From positions 1-36,621 of IMG/VR virus record IMGVR_UViG_3300025018_000311: 36,621 nt of DNA; one strand, 5' to 3'. The position numbers and the translations under genes are program-made. This DNA comes from a virus. Taxonomy: Duplodnaviria > Caudoviricetes. This document shows positions 7,801-16,213 of the stretch, one piece after another; position 1 is the stretch's first letter, and each line of letters opens with the position of its first letter. Below the pieces are notes generated by a model. It saw nothing but the letters and a program-made list of their open reading frames with translations, made no database searches and was not told the origin of the DNA.

Positions 7801-8765
7801 ATTTCTCCAACTCTGATTTTAATTACACCGACAGGGATTTGCTGGCTTTCCTCGGGCAGCAGGAATCCCAGAAAATTCATTGGGGCGACCACTGGCACGA
7901 TGAGCTTTTGGAGCAATTCGAGCAGGGCACCAAGCTGGTTGGCGCAAAACTCCCTTGGTCAGACACGCACGAAAAAATCCGCTTCCGACCCCAGGAGGTC
8001 ACGATACACGCAGGCCAGAACGGCCATTTCAAATCCATGGTCACTGGCCAGATGGCCATGTGGTTCGCCGCGCAGGGCGAACCTGTAGGGATTATGAGTT
8101 TTGAAATGCCCGTTAAGGTCACGCAGCAGCGGATGTGCCAGCAGGCATCAGGATCAAGAACGCCGGCCAGGGATTTTATCAAGCGCTGGCTTGCATGGAA
8201 TAACCAGCATTTGGCGTATTACGACCACCTGGACACCAGACCATCTAATCGAGTGCTGGGAGCTGTTTTCTACATGGCCAAAGACCTTGGATGCAAACAC
8301 ATCCTGATCGACTCGCTGACCAAGTGCGGGCTGCCCTACGGTGAGCGCGGGGCAGAGAAATACTTTATCGACGCGCTGTGTGCCACGGCCAAAGTGTTCG
8401 ATATCCACATTCACCTGGTCTGCCACGTTCGCAAACCCGACAGTCAGGGCGATGCCAGAATCCCAACGAAATGGGATGTTCGTGGCGCTGGTGAACTCAC
8501 AGATTTGGTTGATAACGTGATTATCCATTGGAGTGACAAACGTAAGGCTGAAATATTGCGCAAGGGCAACAGCGGTATATCACTGTCCGAAAAAGATCAG
8601 GAATATCTGATGCGACCAGATCAACGCATGGTGGTCGAGAAACAGCGTCACGGCGCCTACGAGGGCACCATCGGCCTCGAAATGCACGACTCCCTGCAAT
8701 TCCACAAAGGCCGCCTGCTGGACTTCCCGCTGCCCAAAGGCGACTTATTGGAGCAAGCCCAGTGA
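7797..8765 (+). CDS. SF4 (DnaB/T7 gp4/Twinkle-like) replicative helicase, no primase domain
   Basis: Walker A AGQNGHFKS, SFEM, Walker B ILIDSL, HIHLVCHVRK, DVRGAGELTDLVDN and EKQRHG. TTG start overlaps the initiator stop. Confidence 0.85.
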   Translation: MNFSNSDFNYTDRDLLAFLGQQESQKIHWGDHWHDELLEQFEQGTKLVGAKLPWSDTHEKIRFRPQEVTIHAGQNGHFKSMVTGQMAMWFAAQGEPVGIMSFEMPVKVTQQRMCQQASGSRTPARDFIKRWLAWNNQHLAYYDHLDTRPSNRVLGAVFYMAKDLGCKHILIDSLTKCGLPYGERGAEKYFIDALCATAKVFDIHIHLVCHVRKPDSQGDARIPTKWDVRGAGELTDLVDNVIIHWSDKRKAEILRKGNSGISLSEKDQEYLMRPDQRMVVEKQRHGAYEGTIGLEMHDSLQFHKGRLLDFPLPKGDLLEQAQ

Positions 8766-8986
8766 CCGGCCCCAGGCACGTCAGAGAGATACTGCGCGAT
8801 GTGGTGCGCAATATACCAGAGCCATCACCAGCCACAACCTTGATGACGCCCCAAATCGGGGATTTCTACATTTCCATTTTCGACAAAAAAACCGTGTGGC
8901 TTTCCCGTGGTGACGGCGAAGGCATGGGCGCGTCAAACGAGTGTTTTGAGGAATTACTTGCGGGGCTTTACTGGGAGACATTCTGA
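8762..8986 (+). CDS. hypothetical protein
   Basis: 74 aa, GTGA and TGATG coupled to neighbours, GGAG RBS. Confidence 0.6.
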   Translation: MTGPRHVREILRDVVRNIPEPSPATTLMTPQIGDFYISIFDKKTVWLSRGDGEGMGASNECFEELLAGLYWETF

Positions 8987-9399
8987 TGATACTCGAACTT
9001 CCATTTCCCCCATCGGTAAACCACTACTGGGGAAGCCGCGTCGTTGGGAGCGGCAGCAAAAAGTTTGTCTCCCGGTACATCAACGCCAAAGGAAAAATAT
9101 ACAGGCAAGCTGTGATCGACACCTGCCTGGCCGAAAACCTGCGCATGAACCTCACCGGCCCACTGGCCTGCACCATCGACCTGTACCCACCGTGCAACCG
9201 CCGACGGGACTGCGATAACTACCCGAAGGCCATTCAGGATTCACTCGCGCATGCCGGGGTATTCGAGGATGACAGCCAGATCATTGACCTTCGGGTACGC
9301 ATGCACCCGAAAAAACCACCGGGCTGCGTCATCGTCACCATCGAGAAGATCAGCGACGACCAGTGCGGGCATAACCAAATCGATCTGATGGCGGGGTAG
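8986..9399 (+). CDS. rusA: RusA-family Holliday junction resolvase
   Basis: LPFPPSVNHYW, RRRDCDNYPKAIQDSL and DDSQI motifs. Confidence 0.92.
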   Translation: MILELPFPPSVNHYWGSRVVGSGSKKFVSRYINAKGKIYRQAVIDTCLAENLRMNLTGPLACTIDLYPPCNRRRDCDNYPKAIQDSLAHAGVFEDDSQIIDLRVRMHPKKPPGCVIVTIEKISDDQCGHNQIDLMAG

Positions 9400-9402
9400 G
9401 GT

Positions 9403-9621
9403 ATGACCACCCAAAAAGACCAAATCCGCGCCGAGATATCCCGCCAGATAGCGGAATTCCTAGCCTCCGGGAAAAACATCGACCAGGTGGATTACACCGC
9501 GAATCACTACCACCAGCAACCCATCAAGCGCAGTCGTAGGGAGCAAATCGACTACGCGAAACGCATGCGGCGGTCAGCCAGCAAAGCAGCACAGTCAGAC
9601 GCGCGCTGCCAAAGGAACTAG
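9403..9621 (+). CDS. small protein resembling the SutA RNA-polymerase-binding domain
   Basis: KDQIRAEISRQIAEFLASGKNIDQV matches the K...R..L...M.EFL..GG.V..I pattern of Pseudomonas SutA as recalled. Basic C-terminus. Confidence 0.55.
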   Translation: MTTQKDQIRAEISRQIAEFLASGKNIDQVDYTANHYHQQPIKRSRREQIDYAKRMRRSASKAAQSDARCQRN

Positions 9622-9693
9622 ACAAACTCCAAAATTTGTGCACTACCATAGCCCCCAGCGAGAGTGAGGACGCTCGCTTACTTCCCAGGTCTT

Positions 9694-9716
9694 GCCCCCG
9701 TTCTCGGGGGCTTTTT
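9694..9716 (+). terminator. tR'-like terminator before the packaging operon
   Basis: GCCCCCG-ttct-CGGGGGC followed by TTTTT. Confidence 0.7.
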
Positions 9717-9733
9717 CAAACAAGGGGCACAGA

Positions 9734-10126
9734 TTGGCAGGCGGTAGACCAACCAAATACGGTCCCGGGGCACTCCGCAAAGCGCGGAAATACTTTGTCG
9801 ATGGCCACCTGGAGGAAGAAGTTTTCCCGACCATTGCCGGTCTGGCACTCTACCTCGGAATCTCCCGCGAGACTGTCCGGGACTGGGCAACGCACGAGGA
9901 CAAGGCTGAGTTTTCTGGCACGGTCAAGCTGATCATGGCCAAGCAGGAACAACAATTGGTCAGAAACGGCGCGCTCGGCACCTACAACCCCACGATTACC
10001 AAGCTGTTACTGGCCAACCACGGCCACGCTGACAAATCCGAGAGCACCACCGATAACCGGCACAGCTTCGGCAGTATGTCCGATGAAGCCCTTGAAGAAA
10101 TTGTGCGCGGAGCCCTGCGCGAGTGA
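9734..10126 (+). CDS. terminase small subunit
   Basis: Start reassigned to TTG 9734 (AAGGGG RBS, after the terminator), giving MAGGRPTKY...PTIAGLALYLGISRET..DW...GALGTYNPTITKLLL. GTGA overlap with TerL. Confidence 0.85.
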   Translation: MAGGRPTKYGPGALRKARKYFVDGHLEEEVFPTIAGLALYLGISRETVRDWATHEDKAEFSGTVKLIMAKQEQQLVRNGALGTYNPTITKLLLANHGHADKSESTTDNRHSFGSMSDEALEEIVRGALRE

Positions 10127-11556
10127 GCGCCGCACGCCAGGAACTGGAATACCGGGCAGCCGCCGCTATGGAACTCCAACGCCGGCGAGCAGGCGGGGCA
10201 GCCAACGCCGCGTTTCACTCGTTCTACCCCTGGCAGCAGGATTTCACCGCAGCCACCGCGACACACATCGAGTGTTGTCTGTGCGCGGCAAACCAGATCG
10301 GCAAGACCTTCGTCGGCGCCGCCATCGACGCGCAGCACCTGCTCGGTGACTATCCCGAGGACTGGCCAGGCCATCGCTTTGACTTCCCGCCGCTAGTGTG
10401 GGGGCTCGGGTACTCCATGGAGAAAACCCGCGACCTGCTACAGACAGCGCTGTTTGGCCGCATCGTCAACGGTCAATTCGAGGGTGGACTGGTTCCCAAG
10501 GAAAAGATTGTGAACCACGAGAGCGCGACTGGCACGCCAAACGCGATGCGCTCTGTCCGGGTCAAGCACAAGGAGGGTGTGAGCACCATCCAGTTCTGGA
10601 GCTACAGCCAGGGGCAGCACGCGATCATGGGCGACGTTGTGGATTTCTTCCACATCGACGAGGAACCCAAGGACCAAAAAATACGCCCCCAGGTGATCAC
10701 CCGAACCATCAACGGGGACCGCGGGAAGGGTGGCCGTGGCATTCTCACGTTCACCCCGGAAAACGGACGCACCGAAACCGTGATCCAGTTCATGGACACA
10801 CCATCAGCAGACCAGTTTTTTATGATGAAAGGCTGGGACGATGCGCCGCACATGACACCCGAGAAGCGCGAGCGACTGTTAGCACTGTACCCGGAGTACC
10901 AGCGCGATATGCGGTCCAAGGGCGTGCCGATGCTGGGGCATGGCCGAATCTATGATCTCTCCGATGAATTTATATCGTGCGAGCCCTTTGAGATACCGGA
11001 CCACTTCTTTGTGATCGATGGCATGGACTTCGGCTGGGATCACCCGCAGGCGCACATAAAATTGGTTGAGGATCGAGATAACGAAGCGTTCTTTGTCACC
11101 AACGCGTACAAGGCATCTAAGGTATCGGCCAACGACGCATGGGGCGCGACCAAATCATGGTCCGAGGGCATCCCCACCGCCTGGCCACACGATGGACTGC
11201 AGAACGAAAAGGGCCGGGATGATGCCGTTCAGCAAAAAGTCCACTATGAAACCGCCGGTTTCAAAATGCTCCACGATCACGCGACCTGGCCCGAAGGCGG
11301 CCTGAGTGTAGAGAGCGGCCTCTATTCGATCAATGATGCGATGCGCAAAGGTAAGTTTAAAATCTTTAATGGGCTTGTCGATGTTTTCGATGAAGTCCGT
11401 CAATACCATCGAGATGAGCGCGGGAAGATAGTGAAAAACCGGGATGACCTGCTAGACGCCATCCGCTACGCCTACATGATGCGCCGCTTTGCGGTCCGTA
11501 TCGGCGACCTGAACAAAAACCCCGTCAAACGCAAATACCAAGGCTGGAATAACTGA
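10123..11556 (+). CDS. terminase large subunit (P22 gp2-like)
   Basis: Walker A AANQIGKT, Walker B HIDEEP, LTFTPENG, and nuclease motifs GMDFGWDHP and DDLLDAIRYA. Confidence 0.95.
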   Translation: MSAARQELEYRAAAAMELQRRRAGGAANAAFHSFYPWQQDFTAATATHIECCLCAANQIGKTFVGAAIDAQHLLGDYPEDWPGHRFDFPPLVWGLGYSMEKTRDLLQTALFGRIVNGQFEGGLVPKEKIVNHESATGTPNAMRSVRVKHKEGVSTIQFWSYSQGQHAIMGDVVDFFHIDEEPKDQKIRPQVITRTINGDRGKGGRGILTFTPENGRTETVIQFMDTPSADQFFMMKGWDDAPHMTPEKRERLLALYPEYQRDMRSKGVPMLGHGRIYDLSDEFISCEPFEIPDHFFVIDGMDFGWDHPQAHIKLVEDRDNEAFFVTNAYKASKVSANDAWGATKSWSEGIPTAWPHDGLQNEKGRDDAVQQKVHYETAGFKMLHDHATWPEGGLSVESGLYSINDAMRKGKFKIFNGLVDVFDEVRQYHRDERGKIVKNRDDLLDAIRYAYMMRRFAVRIGDLNKNPVKRKYQGWNN

Positions 11557-13604
11557 TGGCGACGAAAGAAAAATACGAAGATCATAGCTGGATGCTGGAT
11601 GCGCTGAGCAAGGCGCAGGAGGCGGACCACGACCGGCGAGCAAAGGCCAGGGAGGCACATGCCTTTGTCGATGCCCCTGATGGCCAGTGGGAAGAACGCT
11701 GGAAGGAAATCAACAGCGAGGCGCCGCGCTATACCTTTGATATGACGACCAGCCTGATCGACCAGATACACGGCCAGATGGCACGCACGGACTACGATAT
11801 CAAAGTGCGGCCAGCCGGTGGTGATGCCAGCAAAAAAGCAGCGCTTACATACAACGGACTGGTGCGCAACATCGAAAATATATCTGACGCGGACCAGGTA
11901 TACGATCAAGCCGGCCTGGAAATGATTACCGCGGGCGTTGACGGCTGGGAAGTGGTGCAAGAGTACGTCGATGGCAATTCTTTCGACCAGGATTTGATCA
12001 TAAAGGCGATACCGGACTATCTGGACAGTACCTGGCTGGGGATTCACAAAAAGCGCGACGGGTCAGATGCTAAGTTTGCGTTCAAACTGACCGGCCTTGA
12101 CCCGGATGAATTCAAAAAGTTATACCCAGACCGCGACGCAAGCGGGAACATGGGCAGCGACCGCGACACAAACACTTACTACCATCGTAACGATGTGGTT
12201 ATGATCGGCGATTTTCGCTACCTGCTGCCGGTCACGCGCGAACTGGTGCTCATGGACAACGGCGAGGTGTTTGAGGTCGATGAGGATTTCCAGAAGGTCG
12301 CAGATGAGCTGTTGTTAAAGCAGGATATAAGAGAAGTGGACCGCCGCAAGCGCACCAAGCTGGTGATGTACTCTCGACTTTTTGATTCTAACGGCTGGAT
12401 TGGAAATCCACGTGAAACCCTGTTTGAAAACTGGCTGAACATCATACCCGTGTACGCCAACTTCAAGTACATCGAAAACAAAGTTATATATTGGGGGGCG
12501 GTCGAGAAGATTATGGACCCGCAGCGTATCCTTAACTACTCTCTGTCGCGTGAAGTGGCAGAGACAAGCCTGGCGCCCAAAGATTTCTTTTGGTCTACCA
12601 ACAAAAAAATGGAAGGACAGGACTGGTCAAAGCTCAACGTATCACAGGACCCGGTACAAACATACACACATGATCCACTGGAAGCGGGCCCACCAGTGCG
12701 GTCAGGTGGCGCCCAAGTTAGCCCAGGCCTTGCACGGATTACCGATTTCACACGGCAAATCATCGGGCAGACTGCCGGGATGTTTCATGCCAGCATGGGT
12801 GACAATCCCGGCCTGCAATCAGGCATCGCTATCGAGAAATTGCAGGACAAAGGCGATGCCGGCAATGATAAGTATCTGACCGCACGCGCTATTGCCCAGC
12901 GCCATACCGGCAGGATTTTAGTTAATACCATTCCGCGCGTGTACAAGCCCGGTCGCCAGGTGCGCATTTTGGGTGAGGATGGGTCATTCGACATGGAAAC
13001 AATTGGGGAGAGAATACTAGACGAGCAAACACTGACCCTCGTCACACTTAACGACCTCGCTACGGGCAATTACGATGTGTATTGCTCTGTCGGTCCCAGC
13101 TTCAAGAATCGCCAGAGTGAAACGATAAGCGCCATAACATCCATTGCGGAGATTGACCCTAGCATTATCCAACTTGGCGCAGATGTGCTGATGAACAACA
13201 TGGACTCACCCGGCATGGACCAGCTATCGGCGCGCGTTCGTCGCCGGTTGTTCATGGCTGGCGAGATACCGCCCGACCAGATGACCGATGAAGAAAAAGC
13301 CGAAATGCAGCAGAGGCAGCAGCAGCCGCCGCAACCTGATGCCATGACCATTGCAGCCATGGCCGAGGACAAGAAAGCCGAGGCTGATCTAGCGACGGCC
13401 AGAATCAAGGAACAGGAAGCGCAAACCAAATTCCTACAGGCAAAGGCAAAAGCGCAATATGATTCAGACAAGCTGATGATCGACGCATTCAACGCCGAAA
13501 CCGAGCGCGGCAAGGTTGAGGCTGAACTGAAATTGAAAGGCGCGAAACTTTCCTATGATCTATTAGGCCGTATCGGCCAGGGCGCTGGGCCTGTCTCCCA
13601 GTAA
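11556..13604 (+). CDS. portal protein (P22 gp1-like)
   Basis: 682 aa after TerL; GQW...PRYTFD, DPQR..NY..S, QSGIAI..LQ..GD, GPSF..RQ.ET and a C-terminal helical barrel. Confidence 0.92.
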   Translation: MATKEKYEDHSWMLDALSKAQEADHDRRAKAREAHAFVDAPDGQWEERWKEINSEAPRYTFDMTTSLIDQIHGQMARTDYDIKVRPAGGDASKKAALTYNGLVRNIENISDADQVYDQAGLEMITAGVDGWEVVQEYVDGNSFDQDLIIKAIPDYLDSTWLGIHKKRDGSDAKFAFKLTGLDPDEFKKLYPDRDASGNMGSDRDTNTYYHRNDVVMIGDFRYLLPVTRELVLMDNGEVFEVDEDFQKVADELLLKQDIREVDRRKRTKLVMYSRLFDSNGWIGNPRETLFENWLNIIPVYANFKYIENKVIYWGAVEKIMDPQRILNYSLSREVAETSLAPKDFFWSTNKKMEGQDWSKLNVSQDPVQTYTHDPLEAGPPVRSGGAQVSPGLARITDFTRQIIGQTAGMFHASMGDNPGLQSGIAIEKLQDKGDAGNDKYLTARAIAQRHTGRILVNTIPRVYKPGRQVRILGEDGSFDMETIGERILDEQTLTLVTLNDLATGNYDVYCSVGPSFKNRQSETISAITSIAEIDPSIIQLGADVLMNNMDSPGMDQLSARVRRRLFMAGEIPPDQMTDEEKAEMQQRQQQPPQPDAMTIAAMAEDKKAEADLATARIKEQEAQTKFLQAKAKAQYDSDKLMIDAFNAETERGKVEAELKLKGAKLSYDLLGRIGQGAGPVSQ

Positions 13605-13605
13605 A

Positions 13606-14496
13606 ATGGAGCGAACTATGGGTAGTCAATCAGAGGATTTCAACGAGGAAACGGATTACACCGAGGGCCAGGATGATGCGCCGGCAGCGGTAGTCGATTC
13701 ACCCGAGGGCGGCACAGAGAAGGCCGATGACCAGGCCGAAGGCGAGGGCAAGGGCGAAGGCGAGGGCGACAACAGCGCTGAGGGTGATGAACCCGATCCC
13801 GCCAAGCCCCCGCGGGTAGAGTTTTCACCCGAGCAGCAGGAAAAGTTCGATGCCGAGGTTCGCAGGCGTGCCGCCAAGACCGCAGAAGCCAAACAGGAAT
13901 ACGAGCAGGAGCGCCGGCGCAGGGAGGAAGTCGAGCAGGAACTGGCCAAGTTCAAGCAACCGCAGCGCCCTACTTTGCCACCAGCACCAGATCGCTGGGA
14001 TGATGATTACGATGAAAAGCAGGCCGAGTACAACCAGGCGTTGCAGGAGCAAATACGCTACGACGCGCAGCAGGACTTTCACCGGCAGCAGCAGGAAGCC
14101 ATAGAGCAGCGAAAGGAGCAGGAGGACCAGCAAAAGCAAATCGAGCGCGTGAACCGGTACCAATCCCGGGTTGAAAAGCTGGGAGTGGATAAGGCTGTGC
14201 TCCGTGAGGCAGGTCCGGCTGTAGCGACGGTGCTCAATAATCAGGCGCTGGTTGACTACCTGCTCGAAGATGAAGTTGGCCCGTTGATCACTGAGTACCT
14301 GTACAAGCATCCCGCCGAACTGGAATCCCTGGCGGGCATAGGTCCAGTGCGCGCCGGCGAGATTCTGTACGATATCAAAGCCAAGGCGAAGGCTGCCCGC
14401 ACCCGAGTCAAACCAGACCCTAAACCCCTGGATAACCCAGCCGGCATCGGTATGGGTGAGGCCAACGAGGATGACAAGTGGGGGACTTACGAGTAA
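13606..14496 (+). CDS. capsid scaffolding protein
   Basis: Acidic, coiled-coil protein between portal and coat. Alternative start at ATG 13618 has a GGAG RBS. Confidence 0.8.
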   Translation: MERTMGSQSEDFNEETDYTEGQDDAPAAVVDSPEGGTEKADDQAEGEGKGEGEGDNSAEGDEPDPAKPPRVEFSPEQQEKFDAEVRRRAAKTAEAKQEYEQERRRREEVEQELAKFKQPQRPTLPPAPDRWDDDYDEKQAEYNQALQEQIRYDAQQDFHRQQQEAIEQRKEQEDQQKQIERVNRYQSRVEKLGVDKAVLREAGPAVATVLNNQALVDYLLEDEVGPLITEYLYKHPAELESLAGIGPVRAGEILYDIKAKAKAARTRVKPDPKPLDNPAGIGMGEANEDDKWGTYE

Positions 14497-14506
14497 TCCC
14501 CTATTG

Positions 14507-14535
14507 TTGACAGCCCGCGCGAGGATGTGTATATA
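14507..14535 (+). promoter_or_regulatory. sigma70-like promoter upstream of the coat gene
   Basis: TTGACA-N17-TATATA in a 200-bp gap between scaffold and coat. Confidence 0.55.
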
Positions 14536-14697
14536 GTTTACGCACGGGCTGGAAACAGCGCGGATCGCCGGTCAAAGGTCGGACCACGGCACCGATAGGC
14601 CACTTGCCCTTTATCAAGGTTAGTGCTGGTTAATTCACCGGATGACAGCAACCGGAGTTTGTTTACTCAACTTCAACTGTTTTTTAGGGGATTAACC

Positions 14698-15975
14698 ATG
14701 GCTAACAATTTTGAAAGTAATTTCACGCGCAAACTTGCGCCCATCGTCTGCAAAAGCTTTGAAACAAAGCGCAAAGTATCCAAAAACGTCGATACTCAAC
14801 TACTGGAAGGACGTTTCAAAGATAGCGACACAGGCAAAATCGTAGATTTCAAACGCGCAACTGACTATCGATCAGTGCGAACATCAACCGGCGATATCTC
14901 CGGTGGTGGCAACAAATCAGACATCATCACAGGTAAAGCTGCAGGCACAGTGCAGGACTACTTCACCGTGTACGTGGATTACGACGAGGCCGATGAAGCG
15001 CTCAAGATGGCGCAAAAGGATAAGCTCGTCGATATCCCGATGATGACCCGCTTGGTCACGGACTTTGAGCTGGATTTCTGCTCTTTTATGATGAAAAACA
15101 CCGCCTTGCTGGCGGGCACCCCTGGCACCCCTGTCACCACCTGGGGCCAAGTGGCCAACGCAGGCGCAGTACTTGAAACGGCTGGTGTGCCGCAGGATGC
15201 GCAGTGGTGCTACGGCATGAACCCGTTCACGCAGATATCGCTGGCAGACCAACAGCGCGGCCTAGGCACTAATCCCGAAGTGGGCAGCGCCAACGACAAG
15301 GCGACCATCAAGGAAAACTTTGCCGGCATGCGGGTTATTTCCTGCACCACGCTGGCGAGCTACAACACAGGCGCATTTGCTGACCGTGCTGGTACCTTGA
15401 CCTCCGCACCAGACCCTACCTACGTCACAGCGAAAGACACCATGACGCAAGTCTTGGCAGTCACTGCGCTGCAGGCTAACATCGTGGTGCCTGCTGGCAC
15501 GACTGTACAGGTGGCGGGCTCCAACCGTCTGAACCTGTCAACTCGCCAGCCGGTGATCGATGCTGCAGGGGCTCAAGTTTTGTGGACCGGCACAGTCACC
15601 GAAACTGTCACCCTGAGTGGTACGGGTGCGGGCAACCTGGTTGTAACGGGTCCGGGCATATTCGAGGCCACCGGGCAGTACAACACCATTGATGCGGCTC
15701 TTGCCAACGGGGCTGTGATAACCCTGCTCGGCGCAGCCAGCACGATCATCCAGCCCAACCTTTTCTGGCATAAGCAAGCGTTCTCGGTGGGCTCGGTCCC
15801 GATTAAGAAGCTGCAATCCACAGACACGCTCGCCAAAACCCATGACGGTTTGATGCTGCGCGTATCCATGGGCTCAGACTTCCTGGCCAACAAAAACGCG
15901 GTGCGTATCGACTTTCGGCCGGCCTATTCCTGTCTTAATCCGTTCTTCGCCGGCCAGGGTTTTGGTACTACCTAA
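14698..15975 (+). CDS. major capsid protein (P22 coat/gp5 family), 425 aa
   Basis: Start reassigned to ATG 14698 (AGGGG RBS). MANNFESNFTRK..., VSKNVDTQLL.G.F, QPNLFWHKQAF and NPFFAGQGFG. Confidence 0.92.
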   Translation: MANNFESNFTRKLAPIVCKSFETKRKVSKNVDTQLLEGRFKDSDTGKIVDFKRATDYRSVRTSTGDISGGGNKSDIITGKAAGTVQDYFTVYVDYDEADEALKMAQKDKLVDIPMMTRLVTDFELDFCSFMMKNTALLAGTPGTPVTTWGQVANAGAVLETAGVPQDAQWCYGMNPFTQISLADQQRGLGTNPEVGSANDKATIKENFAGMRVISCTTLASYNTGAFADRAGTLTSAPDPTYVTAKDTMTQVLAVTALQANIVVPAGTTVQVAGSNRLNLSTRQPVIDAAGAQVLWTGTVTETVTLSGTGAGNLVVTGPGIFEATGQYNTIDAALANGAVITLLGAASTIIQPNLFWHKQAFSVGSVPIKKLQSTDTLAKTHDGLMLRVSMGSDFLANKNAVRIDFRPAYSCLNPFFAGQGFGTT

Positions 15976-15997
15976 ACCCAGGACCGTGTGAAATAGG

Positions 15998-16031
15998 AGC
16001 GCCCTGTTACCCGGTAGCGGGGCGCTTTTTT
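15998..16031 (+). terminator. rho-independent terminator after the coat gene
   Basis: AGCGCCCTGTTAC-ccg-GTAGCGGGGCGCT followed by T5. Confidence 0.85.
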
Positions 16032-16051
16032 CGTATCAGAGGGTAAAGAAT

Positions 16052-16213
16052 ATGAGCAGTGGATTACTCGATTACATCAAAGACGATGGCAAAACAGCCG
16101 TACAAATCAACCAGAATTCCGTTGAGGCAGCCGAAGCACTAGGCTGGAAGCCTGCCGGCAAAGGGGCGACCAAACCCGCCGGCGAGCCATCGAAAGGGGA
16201 TAAAGCCAGGTGA
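16052..16213 (+). CDS. small hypothetical protein, 53 aa (MSSGLLDYIKDDGKTAVQINQNSVEAAEALGWKP...)
   Basis: Translated by hand. GAGGG RBS and GTGA overlap with the next gene; occupies the small post-coat gene slot of P22-like phages. Confidence 0.7.
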   Translation: MSSGLLDYIKDDGKTAVQINQNSVEAAEALGWKPAGKGATKPAGEPSKGDKAR

